A DNA stretch of 62,376 nucleotides, the filler included, from Chiloscyllium plagiosum (lineage: Eukaryota), in NCBI RefSeq assembly GCF_004010195.1. It is 5 parts of one record of this genome, joined end to end, with 100 filler letters (N's around TTAATTAATTAA, not from the genome) between each part and the next. Parts side by side here need not be neighbours in the genome. Positions count along the whole stretch, not along the records: positions 12,911 to 34,690 come from NC_057712.1; 4 more parts are not named here. The stretch is one strand, 5' to 3'. A program made the position numbers and the translations under genes. This document shows positions 13,600 through 25,780 of this stretch, piece by piece; position 1 is the stretch's first letter, and each line of letters starts with the position of its first letter. Below the pieces are notes generated by a model. That model did no database searches. It saw nothing but the letters and a program-made list of their open reading frames with translations, and was not told the origin of the DNA.

Positions 13600-15130
13600 G
13601 TACCCAACTGTTATGTGTGGACTATTGCAAAGTCAACACCATTACAAAGACTGATGGTACAAAGATTACCACTTACAAAGATGGTACCCAACAGTTATGT
13701 GTGGACTATTGCAAAGTCAACACCATTACAAAAACTGATGCATATCCAATCCCGTGGTTGGAGGTCTGTGTCGAAAAAGTGGGATAAGCAACTTACCTTT
13801 CTCAGTTGGACTTGCTCAGAGGCTACTGGCAAGTACCTCTGTCAGAGAGAGCAAAGGCAATTTTGGCTTTCGTAACACCAAATGGACTATATCAGTTCAA
13901 AGTCATGTCATTTGATATGAAAAATGTTCCAGCCACATTTCAGAGACTGACTAATAGAGCCATTGCCGGATTACCCAACTGTGTGGTGTATATTGATGAC
14001 CTGGTGATTTTTAGTCACTCATGAAAGGAACATTTACAGCATTTATCGGACTTGTTCAATCGACTTCAGAAGGCAGGCTTGGTTGTAAACCTGGCTAAAA
14101 GTGAATTTGCCAAAGCCCAAGTCACCTTCCTGGGGCATGGACAAATGGTCCCATGAGATGCAAAAACAAAAGTCATTGGCAAATTTCTCACACTGTCAAC
14201 AAAAAAGGCAGCACTATGGTTCCTGGGATTGATTGGATTTTACCAAACATTTGAACCGAACTTTAGCAGTGTGGCTGCTCCACTCACCCAACTGTTAAAA
14301 AAGGGCAAAAAGTTTCAGTGTACAGAGGGTTGTCAAAAGGCATTTGACAGCCTAAAAGCTGTGTTAACCACTGCCCCAGTATTAGCCACACCAGATTACA
14401 CAAAGCTTTTCAAGGTGGCCATCAGAGCCAGTGATGTGGTTATCGGTATGGTGCTCCTGCAGGAGGATGACAAGGGGATAGAAAGACACATTGGGTATTT
14501 TTCCAGGAAGTTGAACGTTCATCAACAGAAATATTCAACGGTGGAGAAAGAGGCTAAGCATGGTGTTGGCATTACATATTTTAGTGTTTATATTACCAGC
14601 AATGCATCTGAGATAATCGTATACTCTGATCACAACCTATTGACATTTGTGGAAAAATTTAAGGACAAAAATACCAGATTGTTTAGATGGAGCTTGTTGT
14701 TGCAGCCATTCAATTTGACAATTGTGCAGGTGGCAGGTCGCAAAAATGTGATTGCCGATGCATTAGAGATGGAGGTGTTCAGCAGCCTAAATTTGTATGG
14801 GGTTGTGCTTTTTGCATGTTTATAGTTAATATAGTGTATATGTATGTTAAGGCTACTAACCGGGTTTTGAAGGGTTAAAAATGAAGCCATCTTTTGGCAT
14901 TGATATTTCTTTTTTCTTTAAGGGGGGGGTGGTGTCACAAAGCTAGTCTCTTTTGTTTCTATAAGCTGTTCTTTGTCTCAAGGAGACTCTATCCTTGATT
15001 TTTTTTCAGAGGGGCAATAAACCAGGCCAGATTCCAATTAGTCTGGTTTGGCACAGTGTCAGGGAACCTGGCTCATTTCCAGCTTGGGTGACTGTGTGGA
15101 TTTTGCTGTTTCTGAGTGGATTTCAGGGCA
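13600..15130 (+). mobile_element. Gypsy-superfamily (Gmr1-like) pol 3' end: RT-RNaseH, then PPT and LTR start
   Basis: CVDYCKVN..DAYPIP, DLLRGYWQVPL, YIDDLVIFS, RNaseH (GYFSRKLN...YSTVEKE...SDHN...NVIADAL). PPT aaggggggggtgg is followed by tgtcacaaag at 14933. No integrase lies downstream of RNaseH. Confidence 0.85.
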
Positions 15131-15137
15131 GGAGGGA

Positions 15138-15920
15138 TGTAGTGTTTGTCAGCCAGTTGGATCTCACAGAATATGTGTTCCGTGATTGGGGCTGTTAATC
15201 TGATCTCATCAAGAAGCCCTGGCAGACAGATAAGAACAGAAGTGTCAGACATTTTGTTCACCTCTATGCCTCTGAGTCTAAGAAATTCATTCTCTTCTTC
15301 TGGCAACAAGCTGTTGATCAGGTGACATCCACCGTGTCTATCTCAGATTCAGTGGTATCTTCAGTGCTTGACGAAGAGGGAGAAGAGATGGGTTCCAGAA
15401 CAGTGGGAGAGGTTGTCGAGGAGCCGGGCACATTTTGCTCTCACACTTTTTGCTGGTTTGCAGCTTTCATATGGTCCATGTGTTTGTTTAGATCCCTACT
15501 GGATCTGACCTCTTGTTGATCAAGCCTCATATCTCTGCAGGGCCATTCCTGTGGTTCCTGCACCAAATTTCACCCCCTGACATAAACCATCTCTCTTGCT
15601 TAGCGGAGTCTTGCGTCTGGCACTGGTATTCCTGATGCCATTTCACCTACACCCGCTTGGTCCAGAGAGATTGGATTCACTGGGAGTCTTCTCCCCAAAG
15701 CAACTCTGCTGGAGCTGTCCCCGCAGTTGCACGAGGGTGGTTTGAAATCAAATAAGAACTAGGATAGTTTGATATCTAGTGAAATGGGCTGTTTCTTTAA
15801 GCCTGCCTTCAAAGTTTGGACTGCTGTTTTGGCTAGATCATTGGATGATAATGGAAGAAGATGCCCTTGTATGACGAATGCCATTTGACTTCAGGAAATA
15901 CTCATTCCCTGCTGGTAAAT
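15138..15920. mobile_element. Gypsy LTR fragment (+, 15138-15262) abutting a degenerate integrase fragment (-, ~15265-15920)
   Basis: LTR part matches 11355-11559 and 60457-60675. The minus strand gives frameshifted FTSRE..YFLKSNGIRH..SSNDLAKTAVQTLKAGLKKQ..TAPAELL, an integrase core. Confidence 0.75.
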
Positions 15921-17540
15921 AATAAGACTATAAAACTATAAGACATAGGAGCAGAAATTAGGCCATTCAGCCCATCAAGTCTGCTCCATCATTCAATCAT
16001 GGCTGATAGGTTTTTCAACCCCATTTTCCCTCTTTCTGCCCGTAACCTTTGATCCCCTTGGCAATCAAGAATTTATCTATCTCAGTTTTAAATATACTCA
16101 ATGACCTGACCTCCGCACTCTTCTGTGGCAATGAATTCCACAGATGCACCACTCTCTGGCTAAAGAAGTTTCTCCTGATCACCATTCAAAGGTCTACGCT
16201 TTACTTTAAGGCTGTGCCCTCAGGTCCTCATCTCTTCTGTCAATGGAAACATCTTCCCAACGTCCACTCTGTCTAGGCCATTCAGTTTTATGAAAGTTTC
16301 AATCAGATTCCCACTCATCCTTCTAAACTCCATCAGAATGGCCTGTTATCTGTGACCAATACTTCTGGGAGTCCGTCCAAAGGCTGCCAGGAATGAAGGA
16401 GATTAAGAGGTGATCTCATTGAAACGTATAAGATTCTTAAGGGGCAATGCAGGGGAAATACTAAGACAATGTCTCCCTTCATGGCAGAGTCCGGAGCAAG
16501 AGGGCATAGTCTCAGAAAAAATGGGGACGAGTTTTAAACTGAGGTGAGGAGGAATTCCTTCTCTCAAGAGGGATGCAAACCTTTGGGACTCCTTGTCACA
16601 GAGAGCTGTGGGGCACAGTCCTCATTTATGTTTAGGGTTAAGGTAGACAGATTCTTCATCAGTAGGAAAATCAAAGGCTATGAGGAAAACACAGGAAAGT
16701 GGACACAAGGAATGGCAGATCAGCAATGATCCTATTAAATGGCAGAGCAGGCTCGAAAGACCTAACAATATACTCATGCACATATTTCTAGTGATCTTGC
16801 AGTCAAACACACTATTTTAGAGACACAGAATCGTAGAGATGTATAGCACAGAAACAGACCTTTCTGTCTAACTCATCTATGCCGACCAGATATCCTAAAT
16901 TAATCTCGTCCCATTTGCCAACACTTGTCCCATATCCCTCTAAATCCTTCCTATTCATATACCCATCCAGATACCTTTCAAATGTTGTAATTGGACCAGC
17001 CTCTACCACTTCCTCTGGCAGCTCATTCCATACACGCACCACCCTCTGCATAAAAAAGTTGCCCTTTAGGTCCCTTTTAAATCTTTCCCCTCTCACCCAA
17101 AATCTATGCCCTCTAGTTCTGGACTCCCTCACCACAGAGAAAAGACTATTTTAAGGTAAAAAGACAGTGTAAACATTAGAAGGATGTTCCTGAAGACCAG
17201 GGAGTCCTGAAACAGACATCATAATCTTAGGGTATGGGTAAAGCCATTGAGTCATTGAGTCATAGAGTCATACAGCCTAGAAACATGGCCATGCCAGCCA
17301 GGTTTCCTGAAGTTAACTAGTCCCATGTGCCTGCACTTGGCCCATATCTGTCTAAATCTTTCCTATCCATATACCTGCCAAACGTCTTTTAAGTGTTGTA
17401 ATTGTAGTCAGCTCTACCAATTCCTCTGGTAGCTCGTTCCATACACAAACTACCCTCTGTATGAAAATGTTGCTCCTGAGGTCCCTTTTAAATCTTACCT
17501 TAAATCTATGCCCTCTCATTTTGGACTCCTCCATCCTGTA

Positions 17541-17750
17541 GAGGAGAAAGTGAGGACTGCAGATGCTGGAGATCAGAGTCGAGAGTGTGGTGCTGGAAAA
17601 GCACAGCAGGTTAGGCAGCATTCGAGGAGCAAGAGAATCGACATTTCGGGCATAAGCCGTTCATCAGGACTTATGCCCGAAACATCAAGTCTCCTTCTCC
17701 TCGAATGCTGCCTGACCTCCTGTGCTTTTCCAGCACTACATTCTCGACTC
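17541..17750. mobile_element. Palindromic Penelope pLTR-derived element
   Basis: Complete left arm aggagaaagtgaggactgcagatgctgg and truncated right arm. Degenerate TSD gactcc..cctgt. Degenerate hammerhead cores at the centre. Confidence 0.8.
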
Positions 17751-18485
17751 CCCTAACCTGTGACAAAAGACCTTGGCATTTCATTTTATCTATGCACCTC
17801 ATGATTTCATAAACCTGTGTAAGGTCACCCCTCAGCCTCCAATGTTCCATGAGAAAAAAGCCCCAGCATATTCAGCCTCTCCCAAAAGCTCAAACTCCTC
17901 TGTAACATCATTGTAAATATTTTTTGCAACCCTTCCAGTTTAATAACATCCTTCCTATAGCAGGGCAAACAGAATTGTATGCAGAACTCCAAATGTGGCC
18001 CTACTAATGTCTTATACAGCCAATAACAAGATGTCCCAACTTCTCTACTCGATGCTGTGACTGATGAAGGCAAGCATGACAAATGCCTTCTTCACCACAC
18101 TGTCTACAAGTAATGCCACTTTCAAGGAACTATGTACCTGGACCCCTAGGTCTTTCCATTCAACAACACTCCACAGGGCTCTAACATTAACTGAGTAATT
18201 TTTGTCCTGGTTTGTTTTACCAAAATGCAACACCTCACATTTATCTGAATTAAACTCCATCTGCTATTCTTCAGCCCACTGGCCCAGTTGATCAAGATCT
18301 TGTTGTACTCTTATATAACCTAATCAAGTGTTAGTGAGAGAGGAAGATCTTAGACACAAAATTTATAAGGAAAAGATCAAAGGTTCATACAATTCATGCA
18401 AATGCATTGAACACACCTCAGATTGCTCTTAAATCTTTAATCAGGTCGAATGGAGGTGCAGGTGTTGACTGATCAATATGCAAAT

Positions 18486-18578
18486 CCCTGATGAAGGAAC
18501 AACACTCTGAAAGTTAATGTTTTCAAATAAACCCGTTGGACTATTACCTAGTGTCGTGTGATTTTTGACCTTGTCCTA
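18486..18578 (+). mobile_element. pLTR fragment of a second hammerhead-bearing family (aataaacctgttggactataacctgg type)
   Basis: cctgatgaaggaacaacactctgaaagtta...aataaacccgttggacta. Homologous to 21436-21525 and 25781-26058. Confidence 0.65.
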
Positions 18579-20029
18579 CTGTGAAGCCAATTTTGTATCC
18601 ACTTGGCTAGTTCTCCCTGGATCCCAGGTGATCTAACCTTACTAAGCAGTCTAATATGTGGAACTTTGTCGAAGGCCTTGCTAAAGTCCATACAGACAAT
18701 GACTATGTCTCTGCCTTCATCTGTCTTCTTGGTTACCTCTTCAATTAAGTTTGTGAGCCACAATTTCCCACACACAAAGCATGCTGACTATCCATAAGCA
18801 GTCCTTGCCTTTCCAAATGCATTTAGATCCTGTCTGTCAGAATACCCTCTAACAACTTCCCCACCACTGAAGTCAGGCTTACTGGTATGTAGTTTTCTGG
18901 CTTTTCCTTGCAACCTTTATTAAATAGTGACACAACATTAGCTAACCTTCCAGGCTTCCAGCACCTCACCCAAGCTGTTGATAATAGAAATATCTCAGCT
19001 AAGGGCCCCACAATTTCTTGCATAGTTTCCCACAACATCTTGGGATACATTTGCTCAGGTCCCAGGGATTTGTTTATCTTGATGCATTTTAAAACCTCCA
19101 GTATCACTTCGACTATAATGTGGATTCTTTTCAAGACATCACCATTATTTACCCGAGTTCCCTAGCTTCCTCATCTTTCTCCACAGTATATACTGACATG
19201 AAATATTCATTTAGGATCTCACCCTTCTTGTGTGGTTCCAAATATAGATGTCTCATTGATCTTTAAGGGGCAATGTTCTGAGTTACTCTTTGGCCCTTAA
19301 TATATGTAGAATCTCTTTGATTTCTCCTTAACTTTATCTGCCAAAGCTATCTCATGTGCTCTTTATGCCCTCCTGATTTCTCTCTTAAGTGTACTCCTAC
19401 AATCCCGAAACTCCTCAAAGAATTCACTTGATCCCAGCCATCTATACCTAATATTTGTCTCCTTTTTTGTGACCAGAGCCCCAATATCACGAGTGATCCA
19501 TTGATCCCTACTACTTCCAGCCTTGTCCTTCACACTTACAAGAACATGCTGCCCCTGAACTCTAGTTATCTCACTTTTGAAAGTCTTCCGCTTGCCAGAT
19601 GTCCCTTTACCTGTGCACAGCCTCCCCCAATCAATTTTTGAAAGTTCTTGTCTAATAGCATCAAAATTGACCTTGCCCCAATTTAGAACTTGTAGACTAT
19701 GCCTATCCTTTTCCATAACTATTCTGAAACTAATAGAATTATGGTCAGTGTTCCCAAAGTGCTTCCCCACTAACACCTTAGTCACTTGCCCTGTCTTACT
19801 TCCTGAGAGGAGGTTAAGTTTGCCCGATCTCGACTAGGGCCATCTACATATAGATTGAGAACATTTTCTGGAACACATTAAACAAATTCTTCTCCATCCA
19901 AGCCTTAACACTATGGTAGACCCAATCTCTATTTGAAAAGTTAAACTTCCCTAATTTTACAACCTTTGTATAGTTACATCTATCTGCAATCTCCCCACAT
20001 ATTTGGTCCTCAATTTTCAGCTGACTAGA

Positions 20030-20330
20030 AGGTTTTCAGAAGATTTGTAGCTCAGGTTGAGATTCTGGATGTAGGTTTGCTTGATGAGCTGAAAGGTTCG
20101 GTTTCAGATGTTTCGTCACCATACTGGGTAAGATCATCAGTGAGCCTCCAGATGAAGCACTGGTGGTATGGCACGCTGTTTATTTATATGGTTAGGTTTC
20201 CTTGGTTGGTGATGTCATTTCCTGTGGCGACATCATTTCCTGTTCTTTCTCTCAGGGGTGGTAAATGAGATCCAAGTCAATGTGTTTGTTGATAGAATTC
20301 CGGGTGGAATGCCATGCTTCGAGGAATTCT
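20030..20330 (-). mobile_element. Penelope-like pLTR/3' fragment
   Basis: Homologous to 760-1040. Minus strand has tcaCTGATGAtcttacccagtatggtgacGAAAcatctga and EFLEAWHS..SINKHIDLD. Confidence 0.85.
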
Positions 20331-20331
20331 C

Positions 20332-20900
20332 CAACCTCTGGCGTTTGCTCAGCCAGGAGTGCAGCTGCAGATCGAGAGCTACCTCTGCAGTTTGCTCAGC
20401 GGAGAGTGCAGCTGCAGATAGGGAACACATTCTGGGGTTTGTTCAGCCGGGACTGCAGCTGCAGATCAAGAGCAACCTCTGGAGTTTGCTCAACCAGGAG
20501 TGCAGCTGGGGATCGAGAGCAACCTCTGGAGTTTGCTCAGCTGGGAGGGCTGCTGCAGATCGAGAGCAACTTCCAGAGGTTTCTCAGCCAGAAGCGCAGC
20601 TGCGAATCGAGAGCAACCTCTGGCGTTTGCTCAGCCGGAAGTGCAGCTACAGATCGAGAACAGCCTCTGCAATTTGCTCAGCCGGGAGTGCAGCTGGAGA
20701 TCGAGAACAACCTCTGGAGTTTGCTCAGCCAGGAATGCAGCTGCAGATCGAGAGCAATCTCTGGAGTTTGCTCAGCCGGGAGTGCAGCTGCGAATCGAGA
20801 ACAACCTCAGGCGTTTGTTCAGTGTGGAGTGTAACTGCAGATCGAGTGCAAGTCTCTAGAGTTTGGTCAGTGGACGGTGCAGCTGAAGATTGAGTGCACA
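20332..20900. repeat. 47-bp minisatellite, ~12 copies
   Basis: Unit caacctctggagtttgctcagccgggagtgcagctgcagatcgagag. Period of 47 verified (20332 to 20379). Degenerates rightwards. Confidence 0.95.
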
Positions 20901-21599
20901 TCTGGACTTAAATCAGTGGAGAGTTCGGTAAGCGGGGTAGAAGGTGTTTGTTTGTTTATATTTACACTTATTGCATTTGTTTTTTTCCAACCCTCTTGAC
21001 CTGTAGGAATTCGTTCATGCTCCACTTCAGGGAAAGGAGCTTAGAGATAAACCACAGCAGTCCTGTAGCACTGAGTGCATACACTGGTGTGACATCACAT
21101 GTTAATAGGTATTTGCTCTTTCTCTATTTATTGACTTTTTTCCTATTGTTTACTATTTAATATTATTTTCTTGTCATTTATAATGTTTTAATATACTATT
21201 TTTAAACTTTTCATGGCAGTTTTTTTAGGTTTTGCAAGAAGAGGCTGTAGGTTAAGAGTATAGGTCTTTCTTTCCAGAATTTTGTAACATATGGTTCTTT
21301 AAATTTGCAAAATTACATGGAAAATTACAAAAACAGAAGTTGCTGGAAAAGTTCAGCAGGTCTGGCAGCATCTGTGAAGAGAAATCAGAGTTAACGCTTT
21401 CATTCCAGTGACCCCACCTCAGAGGATTCCAGCTACCTGATAAAGTAGCAATGGTCCGAAAGCTTGTAGTTCCAAATAAACCTGTTAGACTATAACCAGG
21501 TATTGTGTGACTTTTAACTTCTGTGAACAAAACAGCCCACAGTGAACTGCAATGCAAGAACAGAAAGTCACTGTAATGCAGTGTGCACTTCCAGGACTA

Positions 21600-23170
21600 G
21601 GGTGAAGGCCACCAGACATGCTCACTTTACACAAGATGTTCTGAATGGTATCAGTCAAATACAACCCATCAATGCTGGGAGGATGGCAGTGCAATGCTAG
21701 CACTTTGCTATGTATTGACAAAGTGAAAATGCATCAATTTGGTGTGGTGCAAATGGTCATCTTTCAAACGTGATACAGCTGCCATAAGGGAATTGTGGGA
21801 AGGAGGCAATCCAGGGAAAGCTGTTCCATCTAAATACAAGGGGTCTTCACAATGCAATGATTTTTGCCTCAGTGATAGCAAACCAGATAACATCCCCTAG
21901 AAGCGAATTCATTCCATATGTGGTGATCCAAGAAAATTGTAACACAACACACAGTAACACTACAGTCCTGGAGAATAATCAACATTTTCATAAATACATA
22001 TTCATGATCTACAGCATGACTGAGGAAATGGTGATACCCACTAACATGGATCTACCCGCAAGAAATCTGCAGATCATTGTGCCCAGCTAGCAGTTCTATT
22101 CAGAGAGCTGCATCACTGCAACCCAAGTGACCAGGACTTCATTATGGCCTGTCATTTGCCAGCAGCTGACATTGCCCGTGCAAGGCTGGTTACTGATTCC
22201 AGCCAAAGGCCAAAAAGGCAGCACCTGCGTCACTGCTTTAATGAGGTATCAGTACTGGCAGAAGATGAGGAGGCTGGTAACAGAGATGTAGAGCTGCACC
22301 TGCATTATGGTGGTTTGCAGAAAATTCATGACAACCATCATGCTTTTGATGCAATAGACTTTGTGCAGCTGTTTCACTATGGCACTGATGGCTTGCATTT
22401 TGGCTTACAAAACGTTTTACCAACAGATTTCTACTGCACGGTCAGAGCCTTTTTCAAGAGTACTGCTACATGAATTTTATTAAGGTGCAGCATCAGCCAC
22501 TGAGATGGGTGAAGAGTCCTGAGAGATAAACCCAACTGTATGTTGATATCTACAGTCATCTGCAGGTTGCAGTGCAGTATGTGGTACTGCTGGAGATGAT
22601 GGTGATGTAGCTGCAGGGAAGCACATGATACTGCCAACCACTTTTATTGCGGCCCACAGAACTTCCATATGCACTTCCAAAACACTCTGACCATCATACA
22701 GGAGTATCACAAGCCAGGCCTCTTTTCATAAGCAACTCCAACCTGCAACATATTCGAGAAACACTCCTCTGTGGACAAAATTCTTTTAACTGGCCAGACT
22801 TTCCACATGAAAAACATGCTTTGCTGAATTAGCTGGTGAGGAGGAGTAACTTTGGCAGAACAATGGAAAGCATATATGTTATTAAGTTCCAGAAAAGGGG
22901 CCTTCCCCACTTACATATCCTGCTCATCCTCTATATAAATGATCACATGCGCAAAGCAGAGGCAGTTGACAAGATTGTATGTGCAGAAATGCTAAGTGAC
23001 CCAAAACAATTCCCGCTTGGCCCACAGTATGATCAAGCACAAAGGTTACAGGACATTGTTCGGAGCCAAATAGAGCATGGTCTGTTTGGGTTTCAGAATC
23101 CGAATACATCATAAATGCAGAATGGCAGGTGCATCAAAAAATTTCCAAAATAATTTGCTCCCAACACATC
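21600..23170 (+). mobile_element. Degenerate Helitron Rep (HUH replication initiator) region
   Basis: Collinear Helitron motifs across frameshifts: GRMAVQC*H..E..IWCGANG (Zn-finger-like); NEVSVL..RDVELHLHYGGLQKIHDNHHAFDAIDFVQLFHYGTDGLH; MILPTTFI; PLFISNSN..LLCGQNSFNWPD (motif I region); YVIKFQKRGLPHLHILL (motif II, HUH); VDKIVCAEM; HG..G..NPN...GRCIKKFPK. Confidence 0.9.
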
Positions 23171-24834
23171 AGCCAGACTGTTTAAGCATTCCCTCACATC
23201 CATCTGATTAACAGTACCACCAGCTCTCATTAAATATAAAAATCCATACCATAATTTTGATCCAATGAACCAACAGGTCAATTAGTCTCAACAGAAGAAG
23301 TTTAAATCACAATTCTGGGTAAGTCCTAAAACTCCAATTGTGACAAATTATTCATAGACGTCGCAGAATCAAAGAAAAGCTTTGATGATTACAAAGCATG
23401 CTAGATTTCCAAAGAGACAGTGATTCAGGATGGAACCTTGAGTAGAATATTCTTTTGTGTAATTTATTTATTTGTGTTCTTTTACTAATTGAAACAGACT
23501 GTTCATTTTGGGAACAGAGGGCAGTTGTAACTTCAATGTGGTGAAGATGCATCTCACTGGACTGAAAGAGCCATTAAGAGCTGATGGTTCGTAAGGCCTG
23601 AACTTTGAGCACAGAAAATATTAATGTCATCAGTTATTGCAGACAAGGCAGATGGAGCTTCATCAGCTTGGATTTTGTAAGGGAAAAGCAGCTGGAAGAT
23701 TTGCCTACTTGGAAGTTAGGAACATTCTTACTCTTTCGGTTGTGGTCCTCAAAGAAGGCAGTCAGAATTAACTCTACAAGTCAAAAACAGTCGGACCTCT
23801 TGCAATCTGAACAAAGAGCTGAGGCATCTACAATCATGAGCTTAATAAAGAAAAAGATGAAAGATCAAGTAGCCAAAATCTAACTGAGGGATACTTAAAA
23901 TCCTACCTTAGAAAAATGGTTGGAATATGTAGAGGAAGTACAATAAATTTTGTGGAGCTGGGACATACCTTTTGGGTTGGCCCCAGAGCAAATGAATAAA
24001 TCTTGAAAATCTCACAGGATGAACAACCTGTTGTTGGGAATAGGGGAAATGGTATCACAAAATCACAGAACTGTTACAGCACAGGAGTCCATTTTGCCTA
24101 GACCAGTTCAATTACCTGATGCCAATCTCCTGCGATTTTCCCATTTACCTATACACAATTTCTATCCAAATAATCATTTAATACCCTGCTGAATGCCTCA
24201 ATTGAACCTGCTTCAACATTTCCAGGCAATGCATTCCATACCTTAATTATTCGCTGCATGAAAACATGTTTGTCACATTCCTTTTGCCTCATTTACATAG
24301 CTTTCCTATGCCCTCTCATTCCTTTTTCTCTTATGACCACAAACAGCTTTTTCCTATCTACGCTAACTAGCCCACTCATGATTTAGAAAACCTTTATCAT
24401 ATCTCCTCTCAGCTTTCTTCCCTCCAAGGAGAACAATTCCAGCTTCCAAAATCTATCCTCAAAACTAAAGTTTCTCATTCTTGGAACTATTCTTACAGAT
24501 CACTTCTGCACCGTCTCTAATGTATTCACATATTTCCTATAATGCGGCTCCGCAAACTATACACAATAGTCTAGCTGAGTAAAAAGTAGAACAGAGTTGA
24601 TGACATCAATCTCCACAAGTTAGCAGTGCTTACGTTATTGTGTATCAAGAAACAATTAAACAAAGTTTAATAGCTCTGGTCGTGAATTGCCAGGCATTTG
24701 GATTTCTTCTTTAAATGTTGTAATGGCCAAGGTTGGAGGATTTACTGTCACTTTCTAGTCTGCTGCTCCACTGGTCACAACATTAGTTTAAATCCTTTAC
24801 CCAGTTACCAATATGACTACTCAAATAAAAATAA

Positions 24835-24995
24835 AATAATACAGATGCTGGAAATCTGAAATAAAACAGAAAATAATAGAGAAACTAAGCAAGTCTGGCA
24901 GCACCTCTACAAGCCATATCAGATTCAAAAGGTTCATTTGTTTCTCTCTCCTAAGATGCTGCCAGATTTGCTGAGTTTTCCAGCATTTGCTGTTT
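24835..24995. mobile_element. Short inverted-arm repeat (another palindromic non-autonomous family)
   Basis: Arms aaactaagcaagtctggcagcacct / agatgctgccagatttgctgagtttt. Related pieces at ~21330-21420 and ~25200-25290. Confidence 0.6.
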
Positions 24996-25032
24996 TAAAA
25001 CCAATATAACCAATTACTCACAATATATGTTT

Positions 25033-25195
25033 AGGGTTGGTTTACTCAGTTGCTGGATGATTGGTTTGTAATGTAGAGTGATGCCAAGAGGGTGGGTTCA
25101 ATTCCCACATTGGCTGAGGTTACCATGAAGATCTCACCTTCTAAACCTCGGTCTTCGCTTGAGGCATGGTAACCCTCAGTTAAAACCACCACCAG
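25033..25195 (+). mobile_element. tRNA-derived SINE (partial)
   Basis: A-box-like tttactcagttgctgg and B-box gggttcaattccc. A second copy lies at ~27520-27855. Confidence 0.7.
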
Positions 25196-25502
25196 TTTTG
25201 AAGAGTCATCACTGGACCAGAAACATTAACTCTGCTTTTTCTCCACAAATGCTACCAGAGTTGCAGATTTTTCCCAGCAATTTCTGTTGTTGTCCCTTTC
25301 AGGGACCTTTCATCAAAACATTCAGGCAAAAGATCATTAACATGCAGTGCTAACTCTGTCTCCAATGGTGCTGACCGGCTTGCTGATTGCTGTCCATAGT
25401 TTCTGGTCCTATTCTATCAAAGATTGTTGCTCCAGAAATTACATTGAAAAATGGTAAACAAGGCTAAATTAAATAATTTAAACCTATATTAGCATTACTC
25501 AC

Positions 25503-25637
25503 AGTCAAGGAATCCAAAATAAAATCTTCCACAACTGTTTTTTCCATCTCCAGCATTCTAGACAAAATATCAATAATGTATCGATAGGCATCATCAAATT
25601 TCAATCTTCTATTCTCCCTTGCCTCTCTGTACCTTAC
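25503..25637 (-). CDS. DNAH8: Internal exon (135 bp, phase 0/0) of dynein axonemal heavy chain 8, N-terminal region
   Basis: Acceptor ttttctttacacttttag and donor gtgagt. Translates VRYREARENRRLKFDDAYRYIIDILSRMLEMEKTVVEDFILDSLT, versus recalled human DNAH8 ARFREARESRRLKIDPSYKYIFEILAENLGLDIVTVEELILDCPS. Confidence 0.9.
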
Positions 25638-25780
25638 CTAAAAGTGTAAAGAAAATTACATCATTTATATATGTTAATATCCTTCTTAGAATGTGTGTTC
25701 TAAAATAGAAAAAGATGGGTGTTGTTTACTTGTGTGAATGGTTTTCTTCTGTAAAACAACAAGATCAGATTTGGAGCAGC

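Larger units (their letters stand above)
15925..20025. mobile_element. Cluster of nested CR1 fragments, mainly minus strand, including an EN-RT run at 17250-20025
   Basis: GKHFGNTDHNSISFRIVMEKD (19363-19785), ENYIPVSLTSVVGKLLE, MDFSKAFDKVPH, several 3' tails. Confidence 0.9.

Noticed and set aside
20258..20893. Overlapping 119-211 aa ORFs
   Set aside because: Translations of the 47-bp minisatellite.
21007..21108. Plus-strand exon-like segment with a good polypyrimidine acceptor
   Set aside because: No recognisable protein. It might belong to the Helitron 5' region, but this is unsupported.
23969..24027. Exon-like AG...GT segment on the minus strand between the DNAH8 exons
   Set aside because: No frame resembles the expected DNAH8 sequence, and its 59-nt length would shift the frame.
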